A DNA stretch of 43,409 nucleotides from Nitratifractor sp. (lineage in GTDB: Bacteria > Campylobacterota > Campylobacteria > Campylobacterales > Sulfurovaceae). Positions 1 through 8,185 of this stretch are shown here, one piece after another. Under the pieces are notes generated by a model. It had not been told where the DNA came from, did no database searches, and saw only the letters and a program-made list of their open reading frames with translations. How positions within the stretch are numbered: position 1 is the first letter of the stretch; every line of letters starts with the position of its first letter. The DNA lies in assembly GCA_015488995.1 (NCBI GenBank), contig WFMQ01000062.1:1-43409 (forward strand), read 5' to 3'. Position numbers and translations under genes: made by a program.

Positions 1-149
1 CCCTCATAGAGACCGCCAAAGCGAATGGACTGGAGCCTTATGGTTATTTGAAACACCTCTTAACAGAACTACCATACTTTATCAGGGACGGGAAAGATAT
101 TGAAGCGTTATTACCTTGGAAGGTTGAGGGGATAGCGAAGTTGGCTTAG
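1..149 (+). CDS. IS66-family transposase, C-terminal fragment (5' part lies outside the window)
   Basis: Frame 3 reads LIETAKANGLEPYGYLKHLLTELPYFIRDGKDIEALLPWKVEGIAKLA, stop at 147-149. The LIETAK-NG-EPY-YL...LP...LLPW block is the hallmark C-terminus of IS66 TnpC transposases. Confidence 0.85.
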   Translation, partial: LIETAKANGLEPYGYLKHLLTELPYFIRDGKDIEALLPWKVEGIAKLA

Positions 150-181
150 AGTTTGGTTGGTGGGGTTATTGAGGGGGTTAC
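1..181 (+). mobile_element. Right end of an IS66-family insertion sequence (outer boundary tentative)
   Basis: Transposase 3' end plus about 30 nt. The sequence ends ...GAGGGGGTTAC at 181, which read from outside is GTAACCCCC..., consistent with the GTAA start typical of IS66 terminal repeats. The left end is not in the window, so the repeat cannot be confirmed. Confidence 0.45.
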
Positions 182-260
182 GAAAAAAGCATGATTTTTA
201 GTCACATAATACTATAATTATTACCGCACCAATCAAGAACCCTCTTCTCAAGGAATAGCC

Positions 261-1436
261 ATGCGTACTTTCTGGATCATACTTGCCTTGATCGCCCTTG
301 CCATCGGTGGTGGCTGGTACTATGAGCATACCCACCCCGACCGTGTCGCGGTGCGCGTCGTGACGGTGGATCGAGGGCGGGTCGAGGCGACGGTCTCCAA
401 TACCCGTGCCGGCACCGTCAAGGCATGCCGACGCACCCGACTCTCTCCGGTGATCGGGGGGCGTGTGGTGACCGTGGCCCACCCTGAGGGGAGTACCGTC
501 CATCAGGGGGAGGTCCTACTGACACTGGATCCGACCGATACCAAAGCGGAGATCGGACACATCAAAGCACAAATCGTCTCGGCACGGGATCAGGCTCAAG
601 CCACCTGCCTGCGTGCCGACTACATGTCCCGTACGCTGAAGCGGAAACAGGCGATCCATCCCGAGGCGATCTCGCGGGATGCATACGACAAAGTCGAGAC
701 CGAAACCCACATCGCCCATGCAGAGTGTCAAGCGGCCCGCAGTGCTGTCACGGTGGCCGAAGCAGCACTCACTGTGGCGCAGAAGCAGCTATCACACACA
801 CGGTTGACCGCTCCGTTTGACGGAGTGCTGGCGAAGATCAATGCCAAAGTGGGAGAGTACATCGCCCCCTCGCCTCCCCATGCCCCCTCGGCACCCATCA
901 TCGACCTGATTGCTCCGGGGTGTTTCGTCGTGTCCGTGCCGATCGATGAGGTGGATGCGGCACGCGTCGCGGTCGGCATGTCGGCCCAGGTGACCCTCGA
1001 TGCGTGGCGTGGTACCCCATTTGCCGCTCGGGTGATCCGTACCGGACGCTACGTCGTCGATCGCCAGAAACAGTCACGCACCGTCGAGGTGGAGCTCGCA
1101 CTCAGCGACCGCACCCTGACCCAGAAACTCCTCGCGGGGTACAGTGCCGATGCGACCATCGTCGTCGAGACCCGACCCGACACTCTGCGCATCCCGACCG
1201 ATGCTTTGGTGGATGCATCCCATGTGTTCCTTTTCGATACCCGCGATGGGACGCTGCACAAGCGTACCGTCACCAAAGGGATCGGCAACTGGAACTTTAC
1301 GGAGGTGACTCAAGGACTCAGCCCTGGAGATAAGGTTGTGATCTCTCTGGGGGAGAAAGGGGTGAAGGAGGGGGCGTACGCACAGATCGCCGACCCCGCT
1401 TCCGCTGAGGGGCCATCCGCAAAGTCTACGCCATGA
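261..1436 (+). CDS. Efflux periplasmic adaptor, HlyD/MacA family
   Basis: 391 aa. N-terminal TM helix (FWIILALIALAIGGGWYY), Ala/Gln-rich coiled-coil middle, beta-rich C-terminus. SD AAGGAA upstream. Stop overlaps the next start (ATGA at 1433-1436). Confidence 0.9.
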   Translation: MRTFWIILALIALAIGGGWYYEHTHPDRVAVRVVTVDRGRVEATVSNTRAGTVKACRRTRLSPVIGGRVVTVAHPEGSTVHQGEVLLTLDPTDTKAEIGHIKAQIVSARDQAQATCLRADYMSRTLKRKQAIHPEAISRDAYDKVETETHIAHAECQAARSAVTVAEAALTVAQKQLSHTRLTAPFDGVLAKINAKVGEYIAPSPPHAPSAPIIDLIAPGCFVVSVPIDEVDAARVAVGMSAQVTLDAWRGTPFAARVIRTGRYVVDRQKQSRTVEVELALSDRTLTQKLLAGYSADATIVVETRPDTLRIPTDALVDASHVFLFDTRDGTLHKRTVTKGIGNWNFTEVTQGLSPGDKVVISLGEKGVKEGAYAQIADPASAEGPSAKSTP

Positions 1437-2116
1437 TCGCGCTGCGGGAAATCTGCCGTGAGTATCACGTGGGAGATGAGACGGTGCACGCCCTCGATCA
1501 TGTCTCTCTCGACATCGATCGTGGGGAGTATCTCAGCATCATGGGGGCATCCGGATCGGGCAAATCGACCCTCCTCAACATGCTCGGCTTGCTCGACATG
1601 CCCAACAGTGGGAGTTACCGCTTTGAAGGGCGAGAGCTGATGACGCTGAGCGAAGAGGCGCGGGCGACGTTTCGCCGGGAAAAGATTGGCTTTATCTTCC
1701 AGTCGTTCCACTTGATCCCCCGCCTGAGTGCCTACGGCAACCTTGAGCTGCCCCTCATGCTGCAGGGGGTACCCCCCTCCCAGCGGCGCGAACGGATCAC
1801 CCGCGCTCTCCACGATCTGGGACTCGGGGAGCGGATGGATCATCTCCCCAAAGAACTCTCGGGTGGTCAGCAGCAGCGGGTAGCGATTGCCCGGGCGATG
1901 ATCCTCGAGCCTCCCCTTTTGCTGGCGGATGAACCCACCGGAAACCTCGACAGCCGATCGGGAGATGAGGTGACACGCCTACTGGAATCCCTGCACGATC
2001 GGGGGATGACCCTGGTGATCGTGACCCACGATGCTGATCTCGGCAAACGGGCGACCCGCCAAATCCGAATGCACGACGGGCAGATCCTACACGACCGGGA
2101 TGGGGGTGCGGGATGA
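1433..2116 (+). CDS. ABC transporter ATP-binding protein (MacB/LolD-type ATPase)
   Basis: 227 aa. Walker A GASGSGKST, signature LSGGQQQR, Walker B LLLADEPT, H-loop VTHD. ATGA overlap with the next gene at 2113-2116. Confidence 0.95.
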   Translation: MIALREICREYHVGDETVHALDHVSLDIDRGEYLSIMGASGSGKSTLLNMLGLLDMPNSGSYRFEGRELMTLSEEARATFRREKIGFIFQSFHLIPRLSAYGNLELPLMLQGVPPSQRRERITRALHDLGLGERMDHLPKELSGGQQQRVAIARAMILEPPLLLADEPTGNLDSRSGDEVTRLLESLHDRGMTLVIVTHDADLGKRATRQIRMHDGQILHDRDGGAG

Positions 2117-3315
2117 TGCTTCGGGATACGGTGCGCTTCAGTACGGCCGCTTTGCGTGCCAGTCCCGGGCGTACGGCCTTGATCCTGCTGGCGATGGTGA
2201 TCGGGATCGCGTCGGTCATCCTCCTCACCTCGCTCGGTGAGGGCGCACGCCGCTACGTCGCGGGGCAGTTCCACGCTCTTGGGTCCAATCTCCTGCTGGT
2301 GATGCCCGGCCGCACCGAGACTCAAGGGGGCATGCCCCCTATGTTTGGGCATGCGCAGCACGACCTGACCCTCGAAGACCGCACCGCACTGGAGCGGGAT
2401 CCTCTGATCGACATGGCGGTGCCGATTGTGTTTGGGACGGCCGACCTCACCTACGATGGGCGGGAGCGTCAGGTCTCCGTCATCGGCACCGACAGCAACT
2501 ATCAGCACGTGTTCAACCTCACGCTGATGCGGGGGAAGTTTCTCCCCGCCACCGCACGGGATCGGGCGGAGCCGGTCTGTGTCCTGGGGGAGCATCTCTA
2601 TCAGAAGCTCTTCGGACACGCAGAGGTGCTGGGGGACTGGGTACGGATCGGTACCCGCCGTTTTCGACTGATCGGCCTCCTCCAACCCAAAGGGAAAACT
2701 GCCACCCTCGATATGAGCAATGCCGTCCTGATCCCGACGGTGAGTGCGCAGTCGCTTTTCAACCGCTCAGGGCTGTTTCAGATAGCGATCCAGACCCGGA
2801 GCGAAGCCTTTGCCCGGGTACAAGACCGCATTCTCGCCCTCATCCAAGCCCGCCACAACGGTGAAAAAGACATCACCGTGGTCCGCCAGGATGCCATGGC
2901 CAGCTCTCTGGATCAGATTCTCCGGATACTGACCATCGCCGTCGGGGGGATCGGGACGATCAGTCTGCTGGTAGCGGGGATCTTGATTATGAATGTCATG
3001 ATGGTCTCGGTGAGCCAACGCCGCTCAGAGATCGGTCTCTTGATGGCACTCGGTGCCTCGACGCGGGAGATCCTGCTTGTGTTTCTCAGCGAAGCGACGA
3101 TGCTCTCCCTGATCGGCGGAGTGCTTGGGCTGATGGCGGGGCTGGGTGCGGTGGGGTTGATCGCATCACTTGTGCCGGTCTTTCCGATCTCGACACCGTG
3201 GTGGGCGATGATCGCTGCGCTGGTCGTGGCACTGGCGACCGGCTTGATCTTCGGGAGTGTTCCGGCACGCCAAGCGGCACAGCTTCATCCCGTAGCTGCC
3301 CTCTCAGGGAGGTGA
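2113..3315 (+). CDS. ABC transporter permease, FtsX/MacB-periplasmic-domain type
   Basis: 400 aa. N-terminal TM (ALILLAMVIGIASVILLTSLG), large periplasmic domain, three C-terminal TM helices. Same architecture as LolC/E and DevC. Confidence 0.9.
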   Translation: MMLRDTVRFSTAALRASPGRTALILLAMVIGIASVILLTSLGEGARRYVAGQFHALGSNLLLVMPGRTETQGGMPPMFGHAQHDLTLEDRTALERDPLIDMAVPIVFGTADLTYDGRERQVSVIGTDSNYQHVFNLTLMRGKFLPATARDRAEPVCVLGEHLYQKLFGHAEVLGDWVRIGTRRFRLIGLLQPKGKTATLDMSNAVLIPTVSAQSLFNRSGLFQIAIQTRSEAFARVQDRILALIQARHNGEKDITVVRQDAMASSLDQILRILTIAVGGIGTISLLVAGILIMNVMMVSVSQRRSEIGLLMALGASTREILLVFLSEATMLSLIGGVLGLMAGLGAVGLIASLVPVFPISTPWWAMIAALVVALATGLIFGSVPARQAAQLHPVAALSGR

Positions 3316-3319
3316 GACG

Positions 3320-4519
3320 ATGTCCTTTGGTGATGCGTTTGCCTTTGCGTTGACGAGCCTACGCTTCAGCCGCCTGCGTACCTATCTGACGGCACTGGGT
3401 GTCGCGGTGGGGATCGCGTCGGTGATCCTGCTCACCTCCCTGGGCAACGGAGTCCAAGGGTACATGCTGCGTGAGTTTTCGCAGTTTGGCACCCACATCA
3501 TCGCCGTCGCCCCAGGCAAGATCAATACGCTGGGATTTTCTGAATCCGTGATTGACACACTGCGTCCCTTGACGATCGAGGATGCCCATGCGATCCGACG
3601 TCTCTCTCCCGTCCGCACGGCCGTCCCCGTCGTCCAGGGCAACTCCCAAGTCCGCTACGGTCGCCGCACCCGCTGGACCAATGTGATCGGAGCCAACGCC
3701 GATGTCCCCGAGACGTGGAAGCTCCACGTGAGCCGGGGGAGTTTCCTCCCAGAAGAGCCTCCTGGGCACGCCCGTAATCTCGCGGTGATCGGGTACAAGA
3801 CCCAGCGAGAGCTCTTCCCTCACACATCGCCTCTTGGGAAATTTATCCGTATCGATGCGGCACGCTACCGGGTGATCGGTATCATGGAACGCAAAGGGGA
3901 AATGATGGGATTTGACATGGACGATGCCGTCTACATCCCCATCGATCGTGCCCTCTCCCTCTACAATCGGGAGAGCCTGATGGAGATCGATATCCTCTAC
4001 GATCCCAACCGACCCGAGCAGCAGGTGATCGCCGAAGTGCGCCGACTGCTCATCGCTCGTCACGGTCGGGAGGATTTTTCGATCATCTCCCAGAGTGACA
4101 TGCTCGCCACGCTCCATACCATCCTCGAGCTTCTCACCGCCGTCGTAGCTGGGATCGGTGCCATTTCGCTGCTGGTGGGTGGCGTGGGGATTTTCACCAT
4201 CATGAGCATCGCGGTCAATGAGCGGATGCACGAGGTGGGATTGCTGCGGGCACTCGGGGCTTCCCGGGCGCAGGTGAGCGGACTCTTTCTCCTCGAGGCG
4301 ATGATCCTCTCAGGTCTGGGGGGCATCGCAGGGATGGTGCTGGGCTTTGTGCTGGGATTTCTCGTCCACCTTGCGGTGCCATCGATCCCCGTCGCCATCG
4401 CCTGGGGGTATGTGGTCTTGGCCTTGTTGGTGGCCCTTGTCACCGGCGCATTGGCTGGGATATACCCCGCCCGCCGTGCGGCGGCTCTCCCGCCGGTAGA
4501 GGCATTGCGGAGTGAGTAG
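3320..4519 (+). CDS. ABC transporter permease, FtsX/MacB-periplasmic-domain type (second paralog)
   Basis: 399 aa, same architecture as the preceding permease (LTALGVAVGIASVILLTSLG ... C-terminal FtsX TM bundle). Confidence 0.9.
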   Translation: MSFGDAFAFALTSLRFSRLRTYLTALGVAVGIASVILLTSLGNGVQGYMLREFSQFGTHIIAVAPGKINTLGFSESVIDTLRPLTIEDAHAIRRLSPVRTAVPVVQGNSQVRYGRRTRWTNVIGANADVPETWKLHVSRGSFLPEEPPGHARNLAVIGYKTQRELFPHTSPLGKFIRIDAARYRVIGIMERKGEMMGFDMDDAVYIPIDRALSLYNRESLMEIDILYDPNRPEQQVIAEVRRLLIARHGREDFSIISQSDMLATLHTILELLTAVVAGIGAISLLVGGVGIFTIMSIAVNERMHEVGLLRALGASRAQVSGLFLLEAMILSGLGGIAGMVLGFVLGFLVHLAVPSIPVAIAWGYVVLALLVALVTGALAGIYPARRAAALPPVEALRSE

Positions 4520-4771
4520 AAGGGGCGAAAAGGGGTTTCGTGGGTCTGTGGAGGAGCGATCGGTTGAGGGTGAGAGAAAGTGTGTACAGTAGGGGGAGTA
4601 GAATATGTGAAGAGGAACCTCCTGCCAGATCCCTGCGGCACCCGGCTGGGTGGGGTGGGCTGCTATGTTCCCATCCTGACCCGATGCCCCGCACAGCCGC
4701 TGCACAGGTCTAACAAGAGGCAAGCGCATTATAGCAGAGTCTAGCTAATAACTCTTTTATAAATTATCGGC

Positions 4772-4777
4772 TATAAT
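4772..4777 (+). promoter_or_regulatory. Candidate -10 box (TATAAT) for tRNA-Ser
   Basis: Perfect TATAAT lies 17 nt upstream of the mature tRNA 5' end, in an AT-rich patch (ttttataaattatcggcTATAATg). Confidence 0.35.
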
Positions 4778-4793
4778 GTCGCCCTCACACAAT

Positions 4794-4881
4794 AGAGAGG
4801 TGGCCGAGTGGTCGAAGGCGCACGCCTGGAACGCGTGTATAGGGCAACCTATCGAGGGTTCGAATCCCTTCCTCTCTGCCA
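4794..4881 (+). tRNA. tRNA-Ser (anticodon GGA), CCA encoded
   Basis: Acceptor stem AGAGAGG/CCTCTCT. D-arm GGCCGAGTGGTcgAAGGC-like. Anticodon stem CACGC/GCGTG with loop CTGGAAC. Long variable arm. T-arm GAGGG-TTCGAAT-CCCTT. Discriminator G plus CCA. Confidence 0.93.
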
Positions 4882-4920
4882 GAACACACTTTCAAAACAT
4901 ACTTCCCAAAGGATTTTTTT

Positions 4921-5310
4921 ATGATGACACCCATGACATTAGGACAATACAATATCCAAACCATGGATTTTTCCAAAGACGAAGCACGGTTTGCGACGGC
5001 CGATGAAGCCGTCGCCTTCATCAAAGAGCAGGTTGATGCGCACCCCATTGCTGCGTACATTTCGACCTTTGACCACTATACCCACACCCAAAACCTCCCT
5101 CAACATCGCATCGCAGATGATATCGTCGATGTCAAGATGGCGATCTTCTGCTTCGGGCCGGACATCTCCATCCCTCAGCTGGCCGGTGTCCGTCCCCGTA
5201 GCATCTCGGTCGTGGAACACACCGACTCATTTACCGTCACCTTCATGAACGCTCCGGCTCCTTTTATCCAAGACACCATGACCGCCTGGTGCGAGCAGCT
5301 CAAAAAATAA
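4921..5310 (+). CDS. Hypothetical protein (129 aa), no recognisable family
   Basis: Clean ORF with SD AAAGGA about 8 nt upstream of the ATG. Followed by a GC hairpin. Confidence 0.6.
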   Translation: MMTPMTLGQYNIQTMDFSKDEARFATADEAVAFIKEQVDAHPIAAYISTFDHYTHTQNLPQHRIADDIVDVKMAIFCFGPDISIPQLAGVRPRSISVVEHTDSFTVTFMNAPAPFIQDTMTAWCEQLKK

Positions 5311-5318
5311 CCCCATTT

Positions 5319-5334
5319 GCCGCCTTTGGGCGGC
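5319..5334 (+). terminator. Possible terminator hairpin GCCGCC-TTTG-GGCGGC
   Basis: Perfect 6-bp GC stem 9 nt after the stop at 5310. There is no U-tract, so it is weak as a classic intrinsic terminator. Confidence 0.3.
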
Positions 5335-5405
5335 ACCCCTTCCAAAAGTATGACAATCTGACATACTGCTCTCCTCCCCCTCACTTTTTTCGTTATCCTC
5401 TCGGC

Positions 5406-5747
5406 ATGTATTCAAAGAAAAAAGAAAAACTCTACCTCACCGACATCATGGACGATCCGGCGATTGCGTATCCGGCGTACTATATCCTCAGCAGTGCTCT
5501 GGCCAAGAATGAGATGCTGCACGATGCCCTCACGGCGCTCCACAGCTACGAGATGACCCACTATGAAGTGCCACAACAATACGACGCGATCTTTGCGTCC
5601 CTGCGACGGGGGTCGTTTCCCCTTTACAAAGAGAAATACATCGTAGGGTATTTTGGCGGTCGGATGATGTATCTCGAGCCGCACGGCTGGAAAAGCATGC
5701 CCGTGACCGAAGAGGTATTTGTGCTGGAAAATTGGCGAGTATGTTAG
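5406..5747 (+). CDS. Hypothetical protein (113 aa), no recognisable family
   Basis: ORF MYSKKKEKLYLTDIMDD... The longer GTG-initiated version (5289) would read through the hairpin and overlap the previous gene. No clear SD, so the start is uncertain. Confidence 0.5.
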   Translation: MYSKKKEKLYLTDIMDDPAIAYPAYYILSSALAKNEMLHDALTALHSYEMTHYEVPQQYDAIFASLRRGSFPLYKEKYIVGYFGGRMMYLEPHGWKSMPVTEEVFVLENWRVC

Positions 5748-5774
5748 CCACCCGTGCGGGCAGCGGAGGGGATG

Positions 5775-7253
5775 CTACTGTTTGGCAGCGGTGCGTTTTT
5801 TCTCGAGGAGATCGTAGCGGGGGAAGCCGAAGATGCTCTTGCGGAAGACCACAATCTTTTTGGGATCATCGATGGCATAGGCTTTGATGGTGATGGGGAG
5901 GGGTGTATCTTTGGTCGTGTTGTTGACCAGTATCTCTCGGGTCTGGAGGATGACGACCTTTTTCTTCTTTTTGCCTGCTCCAAGGTGGAAGGCCTCTTTG
6001 GGGCGGATGATCGTGATCTTTTTGCCCAACTTCCCTTCGACCTCGAAAGTATATTTGTGTGCTTTTCGATCGGTATTTTGAAAGAGGAAAATGTAGTCAT
6101 TTTGCACATTCCCATCATCGGTAATCTTGTAGAGACGGGTCGACTTATTGATATTGAGGAGCATATTCTCTTTGGTGCTGCCCATCATGAAGAGGGCGAC
6201 CAATACCAGAGCCAACGCCCCAAAATACGCGAGGACTTTGGGGCGGGTATAGCGTGTCTTGCCTGCTTGGTGGAGTGTCTCGTGCTCACTCGACCAGCGG
6301 ACGAGGCTGGGACGGTCAAACGCTGCCTGCACGGTCGTACACGCATCGACACACTCGAGACAGTTGATGCACTCGAGCTGGAGACCTTTGCGGATATCGA
6401 TGTGGGTGGGGCAGACCGTGACACATTTCTCACACGCGACACACTCGGCACCGGGATTGTCGGCGAGGAGATCTTTTTTCTTGTCATATTGCTTGTGGCG
6501 GTCGTTGCCGTGACCGGTGTATATCTCACCCCCCCGGTTGGGATCGTAAATGGCCATGATGGTATCGTCGTCGTACAGCACCGACTGGACACGGCTGTAC
6601 GGGCAAATGTAGACACAAAAATTCTCTTTGATAAACACAATGTCTGCGATGAGAAACAGTGCCACGCCTATGACAAACCCAAGCATCACGGGGTGGTCTG
6701 CTGGATGCTGAAGGTACGGCATGAAATCTTCGGGCGGGATGAAGTACCACATGAAGTCCGCCGCAGCGATCAGTGCCAAAACCGACCACATCAGGACAGC
6801 CATCACCTTCTTGAGCTGATTGGCTGGCTTGGACATGTCGGGCTCGTGTTGTTTGTTGCTGATCCGTTTACGCATTTTGAGGATTTTGGTCTCGATCAGG
6901 TCACGGTAGACGACCCGGAAGATCGTCTGTGGGCAGGCCCATCCACACCAGACCCTCCCCCCGACGGCGGTCACAGCAAAGATGCCGAGAAACCCCAGCA
7001 TGAGGATAAATGGCATCAGATAGAGCTCTTGCATGTCGAAGCGGACGAAGAAGAGGTGGAGCTGCTTGTGGTCAAAGTTGAGCAGGAAAAAATGGTTGCC
7101 ATGGATGGTGATCCAGGGTAACCCCAAAGTGATGATCGTTGCAGCGACGTAAACCCAATACCGCTTGAATCGGTAAGGGATCCACCCTTTGAGATACTCG
7201 CGTGCCCCTTTGGGCTTAGCCTGCCCGTCAGTGCTTGTCGTGGTCGTGGTCAT
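5775..7253 (-). CDS. ccoG: Cytochrome c oxidase (cbb3) accessory protein CcoG/FixG, polyferredoxin-like
   Basis: TM helices plus Cys clusters CGWACPQ, CVYICPYSRVQ, CVACEKCVTVCP, CINCLECVDAC. Start taken at ATG 7253-7251 (MTTTTTS...), which overlaps the upstream stop as ATGA. The ORF track extends to 7304. Confidence 0.92.
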   Translation of the reverse strand: MTTTTTSTDGQAKPKGAREYLKGWIPYRFKRYWVYVAATIITLGLPWITIHGNHFFLLNFDHKQLHLFFVRFDMQELYLMPFILMLGFLGIFAVTAVGGRVWCGWACPQTIFRVVYRDLIETKILKMRKRISNKQHEPDMSKPANQLKKVMAVLMWSVLALIAAADFMWYFIPPEDFMPYLQHPADHPVMLGFVIGVALFLIADIVFIKENFCVYICPYSRVQSVLYDDDTIMAIYDPNRGGEIYTGHGNDRHKQYDKKKDLLADNPGAECVACEKCVTVCPTHIDIRKGLQLECINCLECVDACTTVQAAFDRPSLVRWSSEHETLHQAGKTRYTRPKVLAYFGALALVLVALFMMGSTKENMLLNINKSTRLYKITDDGNVQNDYIFLFQNTDRKAHKYTFEVEGKLGKKITIIRPKEAFHLGAGKKKKKVVILQTREILVNNTTKDTPLPITIKAYAIDDPKKIVVFRKSIFGFPRYDLLEKKRTAAKQ

Positions 7254-7942
7254 TGGTTGTCCTTTTGTGTGTGATGGTGGTGGTGGTGGGAAGGGAGGGT
7301 GCACATCATCTCAGGCACCCCTTCTGGATTGGGAGAGCGGTGTGCTGTCAGTTTTTCGATCCAGTTGTCATCAAGTATCCTCTTGAGCTGACGCGATTCG
7401 ATGTAATCCTTGAGCGAGCTTCGGCTGACACTGAGATCCCGTGCGATCGCACTGACATTCGTCCCCGCCTTGAGCTGGGCGATGATCCGATCGAGATAGC
7501 CGTCAAACTTGGAGACCGATCGACTCCCCTTTGGTCGCCCTTTTTGACTGCGGTACTCCTCTGCGACCGTCGCCGACCCCTCCACCTGCATGAGCAACGG
7601 GAGGATACGCGCCAGTGGTGTGCGGCCATCTACGCGCAGCTCAACCGACGCGAGTTCGAGCGTCACATCGCGACTCAACATGCAGTTGATCACCGTCAAG
7701 ATCTCTTCTGGTGTCCCGCCCAATGTCTGAATCGCATCGATGATGACACGATCCCCTGCCGTGAGCGCGTGTAAAAAAGTGTCAAACTGCTTACGTTCGC
7801 CCAGTGGCCTCCCCTGTGAGCCAAATTCGATCATCTCTCGATCCACCCGTACGTGCTGGGACTGGAGGTATCCCATCACCATAGCACGCTGGTGGAAAAG
7901 AGAAAGATCATCCGAAAGCTGTCTCAACAGGGTATAGACCAC
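7250..7942 (-). CDS. Resolvase/invertase-like protein with C-terminal HTH; catalytic motifs degenerate
   Basis: 230 aa. Core ...GRPLGERKQFDTFLHALTAGDRVIIDAIQTLGG... aligns to the serine recombinase fold. HTH is GTNVSAIARDLSVSRSSLKDYI. GTG start with SD AGGAG 7 nt upstream. Confidence 0.7.
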   Translation of the reverse strand: MVYTLLRQLSDDLSLFHQRAMVMGYLQSQHVRVDREMIEFGSQGRPLGERKQFDTFLHALTAGDRVIIDAIQTLGGTPEEILTVINCMLSRDVTLELASVELRVDGRTPLARILPLLMQVEGSATVAEEYRSQKGRPKGSRSVSKFDGYLDRIIAQLKAGTNVSAIARDLSVSRSSLKDYIESRQLKRILDDNWIEKLTAHRSPNPEGVPEMMCTLPSHHHHHHTQKDNQ

Positions 7943-8028
7943 AACCGACTCCTAAAATGCGTTACGACATTGTAACAACATTTGATGTAAAAAAGAATTA
8001 AAATATCTATTTTTACGTCAATTTTATC

Positions 8029-8185
8029 CCAAATCCGTAAATAGAAAATCTGCAGTAGCCACAATGCTCGTGTTCATGGGCTTTGCGTAAAATTTGAGTC
8101 GCACCCGTAGGTTCGGCGATGATTGTACGTGAAGCCCATGGATATGATGATTGCGACTAATGCTTTTTTCTATTGACGGATTTGG
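8029..8185. repeat. 157-bp unit bounded by 20-bp inverted repeats CCAAATCCGT(A/C)AATAGAAAA
   Basis: 8029-8048 is the reverse complement of 8166-8185 (19/20 match). The interior holds nested or interleaved palindromes: CATGGGCTT/AAGCCCATG and AGTCGCA/TGCGACT. Confidence 0.6.

Noticed and set aside
5289-5405. Longer 152-aa version of the second orphan ORF
   Set aside because: It would start at a GTG inside the previous gene and read through the GCCGCC/GGCGGC hairpin. The Pro/Phe-rich extension looks non-coding.
5754-7121. 455-aa plus-strand ORF, and similar long ORFs in the supplied track: 1867-2685, 3359-4231, 12081-13292, 21282-22268, 23027-24283, 24371-25531, 29536-30450, 32291-33457, 34745-35461, 36607-37377, 38678-39496, 39313-40257, 41202-42458
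   Set aside because: Each lies antisense to, or out of frame with, a gene that has clear family motifs. Their translations are low-complexity and Arg/Gly/Asp/His-rich with no motifs. This is the expected stop-codon depletion in GC-rich coding DNA.
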